A stretch of 64,000 nt of DNA, from NCBI GenBank assembly GCA_965279375.1, contig OZ257156.1:64001-128000 (forward strand). The letters are read 5' to 3'. How positions within the stretch are numbered: position 1 is the stretch's first letter; the number at the start of each line of letters is the position of its first letter. Made by a program: the position numbers and the translations under genes. Source of the DNA: Gemmatimonas sp. (GTDB lineage Bacteria; Gemmatimonadota; Gemmatimonadetes; Gemmatimonadales; Gemmatimonadaceae). Below, in pieces: positions 1-9,378 of this stretch. The notes beneath the pieces were generated by a model. It was given only the letters and a program-made list of their open reading frames with translations. It was not told the DNA's origin and ran no database searches.

Positions 1-421
1 CGTTGCCGATGAACAGGTCATTGCTGGGCACGACCATCCCGGCAAAGGTGAAGAACGGATTCATGGCCGTATTCACCAGAAAGCTCAGGCTGGCAGAGGA
101 TCCGGGTGTGAGCAGACCACCGATGGTCCCGCGCACTGCGGTGGGATCGGCTGCGGCGAAATCCGTCTGCCACTGTCCGCCTGCCCCGCCTTCAGCCACG
201 GAGATGATCGCCGCGCCGGGAAACTGACCGATGTTGAATGCGTCAAAGACTCCCCGATGAAAGCCCACATGGAGCGGTGCGAAGCTCACGCTATTGGTTG
301 GCGCCAGGTTTGTGACCGTTGCCGTGACCATGCGCTGTTGCGCGTCCGCAGCGGTGGAGGCGATCGATAGCGCGGCGGCAATTCGAACGGTGTGAGTGAG
401 CGTGCGAGTCTTCCAGGGCAT
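1..421 (-). CDS. Exported spondin_N-domain protein (3' end runs off the window)
   Basis: Absent from the ORF track because there is no stop in the window. Manual translation from ATG at 421 gives MPWKTRTLTHTVRIAAALSIASTAADAQQRMVTATVTNLAPTNSVSFAPLHVGFHRGVFDAFNIG...VAEGG...FFTFAGMVVPSNDLFIGN. This has a signal peptide and bacterial spondin motifs (VTNL-P, AEGG, M-PSNDLF-G). Confidence 0.75.
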   Translation of the reverse strand, partial: MPWKTRTLTHTVRIAAALSIASTAADAQQRMVTATVTNLAPTNSVSFAPLHVGFHRGVFDAFNIGQFPGAAIISVAEGGAGGQWQTDFAAADPTAVRGTIGGLLTPGSSASLSFLVNTAMNPFFTFAGMVVPSNDLFIGN

Positions 422-605
422 GGAGTCGTTCCGGTAATGGGAAGTGATTGCGGCTCGGGGTGAACGGCGCCCCACCACACACCATCACACCAGAACCTCG
501 GAAACCGGCTCACGACCATCTGGAATCGTCTCGTGGAGTTAGCGCAGGGACACTTGCGGCCTGTCGTGAGGGTGTGGATGCTTCACCCGAAAGCTTCTCC
601 AGGGA

Positions 606-1214
606 GTGAAAACTGAGGTGTTTGATTCGGACGACGCAGTGACAAGCCTCCTCAGGGAGTGGGCGAACGGACACGCGGCGGCCGGAGATCGCCTGTTCGC
701 GCTCGTCTACGACGAGCTTCGTGCGGTGGCACGACGTCAGCGACGGCGGTTGCAGCACGACGATACGCTGAACACGACGGCGCTCGTGCATGAGGTGTAC
801 CTCCGCCTTTCAACACACGCCTCCTTCAGCGTGAATGATCGCGCCCACTTTTATGCGCTCGCGGCACAGGTGACACGACAGATTCTCAGCAACTACCTGC
901 GACGCGGACGAACGCACAAACGCGGCAGCGGCGGCACGCCGATCCCGCTCGAAGATCAGCGCGCGCTCAGTTCGGTCGCTCCCGACGGCGCAGATCATGC
1001 GTTCGATCGACTCTGGGATCTCGAACAAGCATTGCAGCAGCTGCAACGATTGCATCCGCGTCCCTGTCGCGTTGTCGAGTGCCGGTACTTTGGCGGGCTG
1101 TCCATTCCCGATACGGCGATCGCACTCGGCATCTCGGAAGCAACGGTCAAACGCGACTGGGCGCTCGCGCAGGCGTGGCTCTATCGCGTCCTTCGCCAGC
1201 ACGCACTCACATGA
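606..1214 (+). CDS. ECF RNA polymerase sigma factor, TIGR02999-like (kinase-associated)
   Basis: LFALVYDELRAVARR, DTLNTTALVHEVYLRL, VVECRYFGGLS, ISEATVKRDWALAQAWL. GTG start preceded by AGGGA. Confidence 0.92.
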   Translation: MKTEVFDSDDAVTSLLREWANGHAAAGDRLFALVYDELRAVARRQRRRLQHDDTLNTTALVHEVYLRLSTHASFSVNDRAHFYALAAQVTRQILSNYLRRGRTHKRGSGGTPIPLEDQRALSSVAPDGADHAFDRLWDLEQALQQLQRLHPRPCRVVECRYFGGLSIPDTAIALGISEATVKRDWALAQAWLYRVLRQHALT

Positions 1215-4200
1215 TGGAAGATCCTGCGAACGCGACGCAGGCGTCGTGGGATCGACTGTCTGCGCTTTTCGATTCCGCCTCGTCATATCCACCACACGAG
1301 CGGGACGCCTATCTCGACCGAGCGTGCGCAGAGGATCCGGTTCTGCGAGCCGAGATCGGAGTGCTGCTCGCAGGCGCGGACGATGCGCCGCAATTCCTGC
1401 AGCATCTGGTTCGCGACGTAGTCAGTCCGGCGTTGGTCGCTGCCACCACCGAGGAATCGGAGTCCGATGATCCGCTCACCGAAGAGGCGGCGACTCTGGC
1501 GATTGCATCGGGGACGCGCATTCGCCACTACGAGGTACTCGAACAGGTGGGCGCGGGCGGCATGGGCGTCGTCTACCGCGGGCGCGACCTCCGACTCGGA
1601 CGCGACGTCGCACTCAAGTTCCTCGCACCGGAGCAGATCGCCGATCCTCAGGCGCGACGCCGTCTCGTTCGCGAAGCACAATCGGTGTCGGCGCTGGACG
1701 ATGCGCATGTGTGCGCGATGTACGCCGCAGAAGAGACGGACGACGGTGGACTCTGTCTGGTGATGGCCTACTGCGAAGGCGGCACACTGCGTGACCGTTT
1801 GCGACGCGGTTCGCTGACTGTCCCCGATGCGCTGAACGTGGCGACGCAGCTCGCCTCAGGGCTCGCGCGTGCGCATCAAGTCGGCATCGTGCATCGCGAC
1901 ATCAAGCCGGCGAACGTCGGCTTCACAGGACATGATCTCGTGAAAGTCCTGGATTTCGGCATCGCGGTGCGCACACACCATCACACCGATGGAGAGACCA
2001 CGGAGCCCACCGCAACGGTCGTGCCGGTGGGCACGTTGCCGTACATGGCGCCCGAGGTGCTGCAGTTGCAGCGGCCGGATGCGCGATCCGATGTGTGGTC
2101 GCTTGGTGTCGTCCTCTATGAAATGCTTTCGGGCGTCCGACCATTCGGCGCAGATACGCCGGTTGGCACCGTCGCGGCGATCCTTTCGAACGAACCGGCG
2201 CCGCTGGTCCGTGGAGATGGCGCGCCGATTCCAGAGGCGCTTGCACGTCTGGTCCACGAGATGCTCGACAAGTCGCCAGTGCGGCGCCCGGCCGATGCGA
2301 GCGCGGTCGTCGAATGTCTGCGCGCATTGGATTCCGCGACGGAGAATTCACGCAACTCAGCGGAAGGTCGCGCGGCCGCCCCAGCGACATCTCGCGGCAT
2401 GATCGGCTGGCTGCCGTGGATAGCGGCGGCTGGCGTACTCACAATCGCGGCGGTCTTCGTGACGTTGCGTGGCAAACGGGAATCGCCTCCACCGGCTCCG
2501 CTGTCCGTAGTACGAACGATTGAGCCGTTGCCGACGATTGCCGTGCTACCGTTCGCCGTGCGCGGCGACGCAACGCTCGCCTATCTGCGCGAGGGCATGG
2601 TCGATCTCCTGACCCCGATGTTCGATGGCACCGGCCTGCTGCGAGGTGTGGACCCGAACTCGGTGCTTGGCGCCATCGACGGAAACGCCACCATGACGTT
2701 GGACTCCGCCGAGGCTCGCGCCTTCGCCCGACGTCTGGATGTGCAGCGGTACGTGTCCGGCAGCATCGTACGCGCGGGCTCACAGCTGACGATTCGTGCA
2801 ACGCTTCACTACGCGGACGGACGCGATGTCGCGCGAGCCCTCGTCACGGTGAAGGACGCGGACGGCCTGTTGCTCGGCGCCGAGTCCGTTGTGCGGCAGC
2901 TGGTGGCCGCCGAGCTGCGCGCGCCCGGAGACACGCTTGCAGCACAGGCCGCGTCCATGACCACCTCCAAGCGCGCGCTCCGCGCCTACATCGACGGTGA
3001 GCGTGAGCTCCGCGACGCGCGTCCTGCTGCCGCTGTCGAGTTCTTCTCGCAAGCAGTCGACGCGGACTCGCTCTTCGCGCTGGCGTGGTATCGATTGGCC
3101 CGTGCGGCGCGCTGGAGTGAGGTGGACTCGATCAATGCGCAGGCCGTTCGTCGTGCGTTCTCGCTGGCGCCTACACTTCCCCTGCGCATTCAGCAGCTCG
3201 TGGGCGCATATCACGCGCTCCGCGTGGGCAGTCCGATGATAGCAGAACGCCAGCTGCGCGGTATCGTCGCCGACTACCCGACAGACGTGGATGCGTGGAT
3301 GCTGCTCGGTGAGACGCTCTTCGACAACAACCCGTACGTCGGACGTCCCTCGAGCGAGGCGGCCGCGGCGTTTCAACGCGTGATGGCGCTCGACCCGAAG
3401 AACCGCGAGGTGACGGTGTACCTCATGGATCTTGCCGCGCGATCCGATTCGCGTGGTCTGCTGGATACGCTCTTTCTGATGTACTTCAGCCCGAACAGCG
3501 CGGGCGAACAACCGGGGATCCGGCAGACATATCTCGCGTTGCATGCTCGACGCGTTCGCGCTACCGATCGTCCGATTCTCGACCCGACGGCGGCACGGAT
3601 CGCCTTGCGCCGCACTGGTGCTACGCCTGTCGACCTGCGCGCTGCCGCGCAGTTTGCGCGCACTCTGGCCGCACCCGCGAACGAAGCCAGCTTGCGCGTC
3701 GAGGGACTGCTCGCGCTCGCAGTACTCGACTGGGCGAATGGCCGGACAGATGCGGCCTACGACGCGTGGGCACAGGCGACGCGACTGAACGCCAGCGCCG
3801 CGCTGTTGGCTCGCGCGGTAGCAGCCGCGGCACCATCGTCACCCGCCAGCGCGGACACGTTGCGTTCATTGCGGCTTGCCTTGGCGCGCGGCGACCAGCC
3901 TCGCGCGGGACTCGGACTGAACGCAGACGAGTGGGGCACTCTTCGCGCGTACCTTGGCGGGCTGCTGAGCGCGCGGCTTGCTGATACGCTGACATTGGCC
4001 ACATCAGTTCAGCAGCTGGCATCCCCGCGCAACGGCAACCGCCTTGCCGCACCACTCCGCGAAGCGCTACGCGGACATCTCGCTCGGGCGCGCGGAAACA
4101 ATGACGCCGCCATCGCAGCGTTCGAGAAGAGCATCGTCCAGTTGCCGTTCGAAGTGCGCGCTCGCATTCCCGCGCTTGGCCAGCAGGCCGATCGGTTCGC

Positions 4201-4342
4201 GCACGCTGAGGCACTTCACTCAGCGGGGCGCGACGTCGAGGCTCGTGCGTGGTACGCATCACTGCGCGACGGGCCGGCACTCTGGAGTACGCCATATCTC
4301 GCCGCAGTGGCTTCACGGATTGGCGAGCGACTCGCACCCTAG
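1211..4342 (+). CDS. Membrane Hanks-type Ser/Thr protein kinase with TolB-like and TPR extracytoplasmic region
   Basis: GAGGMGVVY, VALKFL, HRDIKPAN, DFG, GTLPYMAPE, DVWSLG; TM helix (WLPWIAAAGVLTIAAVFV); IAVLPF motif then helical repeats. ATG at 1211 overlaps the sigma stop (ATGA). Confidence 0.92.
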   Translation: MMEDPANATQASWDRLSALFDSASSYPPHERDAYLDRACAEDPVLRAEIGVLLAGADDAPQFLQHLVRDVVSPALVAATTEESESDDPLTEEAATLAIASGTRIRHYEVLEQVGAGGMGVVYRGRDLRLGRDVALKFLAPEQIADPQARRRLVREAQSVSALDDAHVCAMYAAEETDDGGLCLVMAYCEGGTLRDRLRRGSLTVPDALNVATQLASGLARAHQVGIVHRDIKPANVGFTGHDLVKVLDFGIAVRTHHHTDGETTEPTATVVPVGTLPYMAPEVLQLQRPDARSDVWSLGVVLYEMLSGVRPFGADTPVGTVAAILSNEPAPLVRGDGAPIPEALARLVHEMLDKSPVRRPADASAVVECLRALDSATENSRNSAEGRAAAPATSRGMIGWLPWIAAAGVLTIAAVFVTLRGKRESPPPAPLSVVRTIEPLPTIAVLPFAVRGDATLAYLREGMVDLLTPMFDGTGLLRGVDPNSVLGAIDGNATMTLDSAEARAFARRLDVQRYVSGSIVRAGSQLTIRATLHYADGRDVARALVTVKDADGLLLGAESVVRQLVAAELRAPGDTLAAQAASMTTSKRALRAYIDGERELRDARPAAAVEFFSQAVDADSLFALAWYRLARAARWSEVDSINAQAVRRAFSLAPTLPLRIQQLVGAYHALRVGSPMIAERQLRGIVADYPTDVDAWMLLGETLFDNNPYVGRPSSEAAAAFQRVMALDPKNREVTVYLMDLAARSDSRGLLDTLFLMYFSPNSAGEQPGIRQTYLALHARRVRATDRPILDPTAARIALRRTGATPVDLRAAAQFARTLAAPANEASLRVEGLLALAVLDWANGRTDAAYDAWAQATRLNASAALLARAVAAAAPSSPASADTLRSLRLALARGDQPRAGLGLNADEWGTLRAYLGGLLSARLADTLTLATSVQQLASPRNGNRLAAPLREALRGHLARARGNNDAAIAAFEKSIVQLPFEVRARIPALGQQADRFAHAEALHSAGRDVEARAWYASLRDGPALWSTPYLAAVASRIGERLAP

Positions 4343-4383
4343 CCAATAGTGTCGAGTCGCTCTCCTGAGTGAATTCGCCACGC

Positions 4384-4824
4384 TCAGGGCGTCAGCGCAA
4401 TCGCCGCCTCGGCCATTGGTACGTTGAACGGATCACACCAGATGATCACCCACGCGTAGCGCACGCCGGGCGGCAATTGAAACGTGTATGTCTGCCCGCC
4501 GTTCCTCGATTTGAGCGCACCGATGCGAAGAGGCGTTCCCGTATTGGGATTGTTCGTCGTGCCGAGATAGACCGTCGGGCCCGGAGTCTGCGCGATGGAA
4601 AAGTCGCTCGAGAACGTCAGCTGCCCGACTCCCTTCTCGGCGACGAATTGCACAGTGCCCGTGACGTCGTAACGGGTTCGCCGAAAGATTCCGGAGGTGG
4701 CATTGCCCATCGGCGAGCCCATGCTCGGATCGACGGTCATCGCGTCGGGTGCCATTGGGGGTTCTGCAGTGTTGCAGGCCAACAGCACGATGGGCAGCAT
4801 GAGGAGACGAATCAACAGCCGCAT
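4384..4824 (-). CDS. DM13-domain lipoprotein
   Basis: Lipobox (IVLLAC); GP-VYL, LKSRNGGQTY and VIIWCDPFNV motifs typical of DM13. Start placed at MRLLIRLL. Confidence 0.8.
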   Translation of the reverse strand: MRLLIRLLMLPIVLLACNTAEPPMAPDAMTVDPSMGSPMGNATSGIFRRTRYDVTGTVQFVAEKGVGQLTFSSDFSIAQTPGPTVYLGTTNNPNTGTPLRIGALKSRNGGQTYTFQLPPGVRYAWVIIWCDPFNVPMAEAAIALTP

Positions 4825-4935
4825 TGTGTATGATCTCCGCGAGAGTTCATGGGTCCAACTGGCGTGTAATGCGCGTCTGCACGTACGCGCCACGCCCGAC
4901 ATTAGATCCATGAACCGGTTGCGCACGATTTGGTG

Positions 4936-6453
4936 TTAAGAAGCACAGCCCGCCGTTGCTTGGCGTTCCGCCACCAGCTTGCGCGCACGCCAATCGCTCA
5001 CGTTCCACGTCCGCCATCCACCCTCCCGCTCCCCGCGCCAGCGCTTGTCGAGCATGCGCATCACGCGACAGCGTTCGAGTTCCGGAAGCTGCTCGAGACG
5101 TGCGATCAATGTCGGCACTGCATCCGCGCTCAGGCTGCTCAGGTACTCGCCATCGTACACCGCGCCCGCTGCGGCACGCGCAATGTTCACGCGCGCAATC
5201 AGCGCATGCGGATTGATGGTGTAGAGCAACGTCAGGCATGCGTAGCCGGCCATGACTGCGCCGAAAGCAAAACGTCGGCGCCTGCCGCGAAGCACGGTGG
5301 CCGCCAGCCACGCTAACACCAACGTGAGCCAGAGAATGAATACGCTCACGTAGAGTCGCTGCTCGGTGAGCCCGTACGCCGCCTGATACAGGCGCATTCT
5401 GTACGCCGCCGACGCGATCACGCCCACCAGCAGCGTGATCAACACGAGCATCGCGAGGCGTAGCCGCGAGCGGGCGCGTGACGTCTCCGTGGCGGCCGCC
5501 CAGTCGGCGAGCAACAACATGGGCACAACGAGCGCTGCGCACAGCACGAGTTCAAAGAATCCACGACGTGCGTACGCCGCGTAGCTCAACCCGACGGTCA
5601 CTTCAACGAGATTGGCGCCGCCAAAGAGATAGCGCAGCTGCACCACGGTGAAGACCAGAAACAGCAGGTTGAGCAGCCAGAGGGCCACCGAGATTTCTGC
5701 CGACGGCATCGCCGGCTGCGGGACGCGCAGACGTCCCATGATCGCATCGTCGGGCACGAGCAGCGATCGCAGGTAGCCCGCGGTGATCCACGCAACCACT
5801 CCGGCAAATGCCGCGTGCTGCACCAACGGCTCGATGTCCACTCGAAATGCGTTCTGCACCAACTGCGCGAATACGAGATCCGCAGACATGAGCAACGCGC
5901 CCAAGAGGAACAGCGCCGGCAACGCCAGCAGCGATCCTCGCAGCAGCGTTCCCGCTCGCCGTGTCCACGGTTCCGACTTCGCTGTATCGTCCCCTGCACC
6001 TGCGGCCGTCTCTTGCTCGCTCTGTCCGTCGGCCACGCGCGTCGCGCGCCCCCATCCGAAGGGTCCGAGTGCAGTGAGCAGCGCAGCGCGCACGACGGCG
6101 AACGCGCCTTCGCTCAGCTGTGCGTCGGTCACCCACGCCTTGGTGGAGCGCCCGGCCGCGAGCACCAGCAAGGCAATCGCTCCCAATATGCTGAACACCG
6201 CCAACACCTCCGCATCGCGCAGTGCCAACGTTGCCGCGCACATCATCGCTCCGCCGATGAGCCAACGTGATTCCGTGGAGGGGCGACTGTCCGATCTTTG
6301 CAGCAAGACCGCGAGCGCGAGCACACCTGCGACCGCCCAGAGTGCGAGGCCGATTCCTGGTCGGCCCTGCGCACGCACCAACACATCGGCAAGGATACCA
6401 AGCGACAGCGCGCCATAGAGCGCCGATTTGCGAAGCACGGTCGGCACACTCAC
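4936..6453 (-). CDS. DUF4153/DUF4173 family polytopic membrane protein
   Basis: Multiple TM helices; [59 protein letters not shown] start overlaps the uppS stop. Confidence 0.85.
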   Translation of the reverse strand: MSVPTVLRKSALYGALSLGILADVLVRAQGRPGIGLALWAVAGVLALAVLLQRSDSRPSTESRWLIGGAMMCAATLALRDAEVLAVFSILGAIALLVLAAGRSTKAWVTDAQLSEGAFAVVRAALLTALGPFGWGRATRVADGQSEQETAAGAGDDTAKSEPWTRRAGTLLRGSLLALPALFLLGALLMSADLVFAQLVQNAFRVDIEPLVQHAAFAGVVAWITAGYLRSLLVPDDAIMGRLRVPQPAMPSAEISVALWLLNLLFLVFTVVQLRYLFGGANLVEVTVGLSYAAYARRGFFELVLCAALVVPMLLLADWAAATETSRARSRLRLAMLVLITLLVGVIASAAYRMRLYQAAYGLTEQRLYVSVFILWLTLVLAWLAATVLRGRRRRFAFGAVMAGYACLTLLYTINPHALIARVNIARAAAGAVYDGEYLSSLSADAVPTLIARLEQLPELERCRVMRMLDKRWRGEREGGWRTWNVSDWRARKLVAERQATAGCAS

Positions 6454-7172
6454 GACGCCACCGCCGTAGCCAAGGGCACGTCGACGAGTCCACCGAATCG
6501 ACGCTGCCGACGACTGAACTCGGCGAGCGCATCGCTGAACGCTTGTTCATCGAAGTCCGGCCAGGCCACTGCGGTGAAGTACAACTCGGCGTACGCGCTC
6601 TCCCAGAGGAGGAAGTCACTGAGTCGTTGCTCACCCCCCGTGCGAATGACGAGGTCCACGTCGGGCGCGGGGGCATCGGTTGAGGCTGCGAGCAGGCGCG
6701 CGAATGCGGCACGGGTACGCGGCGCCTGCGCGGCCGCCTGCACGATCGCGTCGCGCGAGGAGTAATCGATGGCGAGGCGCAGTCGGAGGCGCGTGCCGGC
6801 TGACGTTGCGGCTTCTGCGGCAGCGATCGCCTGCGCGAGTCGCGCGGGCAGCCGATCGCGCCGTCCGATGACTTCCAATCGCACGCCCTGTTCGACGCAG
6901 TTGGCGACCTCGACGCGCAGATAGCGCTCGAGCAGACGCATGAGCACGTGCACTTCGGGTCCGGGTCGCTTCCAGTTGTCCGAGGAGAAGGCGTAGAGCG
7001 TGAGCACGCTGACGCCGTGGGCCGGCGCCGCTTCGACCGTGCGGCGGACCGCGGTGACGCCTGCACGATGTCCAAGGCTGCGCGGCATGCCACGCGCCTG
7101 CGCCCAGCGTCCGTTGCCGTCCATGATGACGGCGACGTGGAGGCCGTCTTTCGCCAAATTACTTTGCACCAT
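6450..7172 (-). CDS. uppS: Di-trans,poly-cis-decaprenylcistransferase (undecaprenyl diphosphate synthase family)
   Basis: [61 protein letters not shown]. Confidence 0.95.
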   Translation of the reverse strand: MVQSNLAKDGLHVAVIMDGNGRWAQARGMPRSLGHRAGVTAVRRTVEAAPAHGVSVLTLYAFSSDNWKRPGPEVHVLMRLLERYLRVEVANCVEQGVRLEVIGRRDRLPARLAQAIAAAEAATSAGTRLRLRLAIDYSSRDAIVQAAAQAPRTRAAFARLLAASTDAPAPDVDLVIRTGGEQRLSDFLLWESAYAELYFTAVAWPDFDEQAFSDALAEFSRRQRRFGGLVDVPLATAVAS

Positions 7173-7177
7173 AAAGC
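7161..7177. promoter_or_regulatory. Putative operator copy 1 (ACTTTGCACCATAAAGC), overlapping the uppS start codon
   Basis: Imperfect palindrome CTTT-N7-AAAG; 15/17 identical to the copy at 8265-8281. Confidence 0.6.
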
Positions 7178-7218
7178 GTAATCCCACAAAGAATGGTGAA
7201 GGGGTCCTGCGATTGGGC

Positions 7219-7623
7219 TCAGCCTTCGCGCACGCGCCGGATGAGCGATTCCATGTGATCGAGGTACTCGTCGAGCGCCTTGCGACCGGCGGCGGTGAGC
7301 GTGAACTCAGTGCGCGGCACGCGGTCCACGAACGACTTCTCGCAGGTGACGAAGCCGGCTTCCTCGAGACGGCGCGCGTGCACGCTCAGGTTGCCGTCGG
7401 TGATGTCGAGGAGGGTCTTGAGCTCGTTGAACGTGAGCGACTCGGCGCCGGCGAGTGCGCTGACGATCGCGAGCCGTGCGCGTTCATGAATGACGCGATT
7501 GAGCTCGACGGGAGTGTCCCGCGGCGCGCGCTTGCTTCCCTTGACCGGTGCCATCGACGCTTCCGCCTCCTTGGCCCCGCCCGCGTCTTCCGACTCGCGT
7601 CGTACTGCCGATCCCTTAGCCAC
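7219..7623 (-). CDS. Winged-helix transcriptional regulator (HTH_34 type)
   Basis: [56 protein letters not shown]. Confidence 0.9.
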   Translation of the reverse strand: MAKGSAVRRESEDAGGAKEAEASMAPVKGSKRAPRDTPVELNRVIHERARLAIVSALAGAESLTFNELKTLLDITDGNLSVHARRLEEAGFVTCEKSFVDRVPRTEFTLTAAGRKALDEYLDHMESLIRRVREG

Positions 7624-8227
7624 CGTGCCGCCTCGCGATCAGGAGTCCAAAGCCGATGTGAAATCCACCGAATCCTGCTGCCATCCACGCATCGCCCCAC
7701 TCGGCAGGCGAGGCCAAGGCGAGCGCGCCAAACAACATGAATCCCGTACCCATCAGCGGCACCGCTCGCACCGAAAAGGTGCCTGCCGTGACGATAGCGG
7801 CGCCGTAGGATAGGAGCCATAATCCGGGCAACAACGAGACAGCATCATGCGAGTGAAGCGCAGCTGTGAGCGCAACCGCCGCAGCCACCGGAGGCAGGAA
7901 GCTGAGCAGGAACTTTCGCCCTGGCCCAGAACGCAGCGGCACTCGGGCCCGACGCGCCTTCTGATACAGCGTGCCGCCTCCGAGGAGCGTGGCCAGCACC
8001 GCCGTGGCGAGCCACGCCGCCAGCCAGCGATCGGACGACGGTTGACTGTGCGCGACGAGCGCCGCCGCTATCGCGGTGCAGCCAATGGCGACACCGCCCC
8101 ATCCCGGCACCGCCGTGAACGAACCGGCCCGCTCCATGGTTTGGCGGATGAAGCGCAGATCGTCCATGGCACGTTCGTGCAGGGCGATCGGCGGATCATC
8201 CCGGTCCTGGCGCAGCGGTAAAGGCAT
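7616..8227 (-). CDS. Conserved membrane protein (about 6 TM), first gene of the HTH-uppS operon
   Basis: AMDDLRFIRQTMERAGSFTAVPGWG N-terminus, hydrophobic helices, [20 protein letters not shown]-terminus; overlaps the HTH start. Confidence 0.8.
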   Translation of the reverse strand: MPLPLRQDRDDPPIALHERAMDDLRFIRQTMERAGSFTAVPGWGGVAIGCTAIAAALVAHSQPSSDRWLAAWLATAVLATLLGGGTLYQKARRARVPLRSGPGRKFLLSFLPPVAAAVALTAALHSHDAVSLLPGLWLLSYGAAIVTAGTFSVRAVPLMGTGFMLFGALALASPAEWGDAWMAAGFGGFHIGFGLLIARRHGG

Positions 8228-8264
8228 GCCCGATGATAAGGACTGACCAGTGCTGCTGTCAAGC

Positions 8265-8281
8265 ACTTTACACCACAAAGC
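8265..8281. promoter_or_regulatory. Putative operator copy 2 (ACTTTACACCACAAAGC), upstream of the operon
   Basis: Near-identical to 7161-7177; both copies are followed by TAATC; lies ~40 bp upstream of the first gene. Confidence 0.6.
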
Positions 8282-8299
8282 TAATCGGCGCCCGACGCG

Positions 8300-8788
8300 C
8301 TAGTCCCGCGTCGACTCCCGCGTCATCTCGATCATCGTCTCGCGGAAACCCGCGCTCGCGAACAGCCGTTGCGCCGCCTCGTTGCGCGATGCGGTGGAGA
8401 GCACCACCCGAGGCGCTCCCAGCTCCTTCAGGGCCCGCAGCATCGCCTCCAGCAGCGCGCGACCGATGCCCTGCCCTCGCAGTGGATCATCCACGATGAT
8501 GTCGTAGAGCACCCCCGCCGGCCCACGCAGCGCCATGTAGTCGATCCCTTCGATCGCGCCCCACGCATACCCGAGCACCGCGCCGTCGCGCTCCGCCACC
8601 AACACCACCGCTTCAGGCTCTTTGCGCTGGGCGTTCACGTAACCGCCGTAGGACCGCTCCGTCTGCGGCGAGACGTCGATGAAACGCAGCGAATCGAAGG
8701 CGTGATGCACGCGCACCAACGCCGCGCCCAGACGACCGATTGCGGCGGTGTCGGCGTTAGCCGCGCGTCGAATGACCACATCAGACAT
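8300..8788 (-). CDS. GNAT family N-acetyltransferase
   Basis: VLVAERDGAVLGY, LYDIIVDDPLRGQGIGRALL (motif A), NEAAQRLFASAGF. Start at MSDVVIRRA. Confidence 0.9.
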   Translation of the reverse strand: MSDVVIRRAANADTAAIGRLGAALVRVHHAFDSLRFIDVSPQTERSYGGYVNAQRKEPEAVVLVAERDGAVLGYAWGAIEGIDYMALRGPAGVLYDIIVDDPLRGQGIGRALLEAMLRALKELGAPRVVLSTASRNEAAQRLFASAGFRETMIEMTRESTRD

Positions 8789-8861
8789 TGGTGGTTGGTT
8801 CGTAGACACTAGCGCCTTCACCCTGACTCGTGAAATGGACGGCGGACCACCGCGTGATGCA

Positions 8862-9341
8862 CTAGCCCGGCGGGCGCGTGCTGTTGTCCATGTCGGAGAA
8901 GATGAGCCATGGCCCACCAGGGCGTCGTTTGAGCGTCAACGTGAACTTACCCTGGTCTCCCGGCGTGGTGCCGTAACCATACGCGCCGACGATGAACCCC
9001 ACGGTGTCGGCGACCGAGACCGCGAGCGCGCGCAGTCGCAGAGGCGCGCCACCTTGGCCGGCGTATGCAGCTTGAATGGCGGCTCGGCCGCGAGCCGGTG
9101 CCTGTCCGCTCTGCAACACGAAGCCATCCTCCGCGAAAAGCGCGGCCAGCCCAGCCGCGTCACGCTTTCTCCATGCGGCTTCATAGTCGCGCAGGACACG
9201 ATCGAGCGACGGCGGCAGCGTGATCGATGGCAGTTCCGCCGACGATTTCGTCGGCTGCTTCGAGGAGAGTTGCGCCGCCGCGTCACTGGCAGTGAGAGCG
9301 ACGGCGAGGGTCAGGCCGAACAGCGCGCACGATCGACGCAT
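8862..9341 (-). CDS. Exported NTF2-like (SnoaL/DUF4440) protein
   Basis: Signal peptide; YEAAWRKRDAAGLAALFAEDG, GRAAIQAAY, GKFTLTL, WLIFSD. Confidence 0.8.
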   Translation of the reverse strand: MRRSCALFGLTLAVALTASDAAAQLSSKQPTKSSAELPSITLPPSLDRVLRDYEAAWRKRDAAGLAALFAEDGFVLQSGQAPARGRAAIQAAYAGQGGAPLRLRALAVSVADTVGFIVGAYGYGTTPGDQGKFTLTLKRRPGGPWLIFSDMDNSTRPPG

Positions 9342-9378
9342 CACGGACGAAAAGCAAAGGTAGTGAACGACACGCGAC

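Noticed and set aside
5603..7189. 528-aa ORF overlapping uppS and DUF4153
   Set aside because: Out-of-frame overlap of two well-supported genes.
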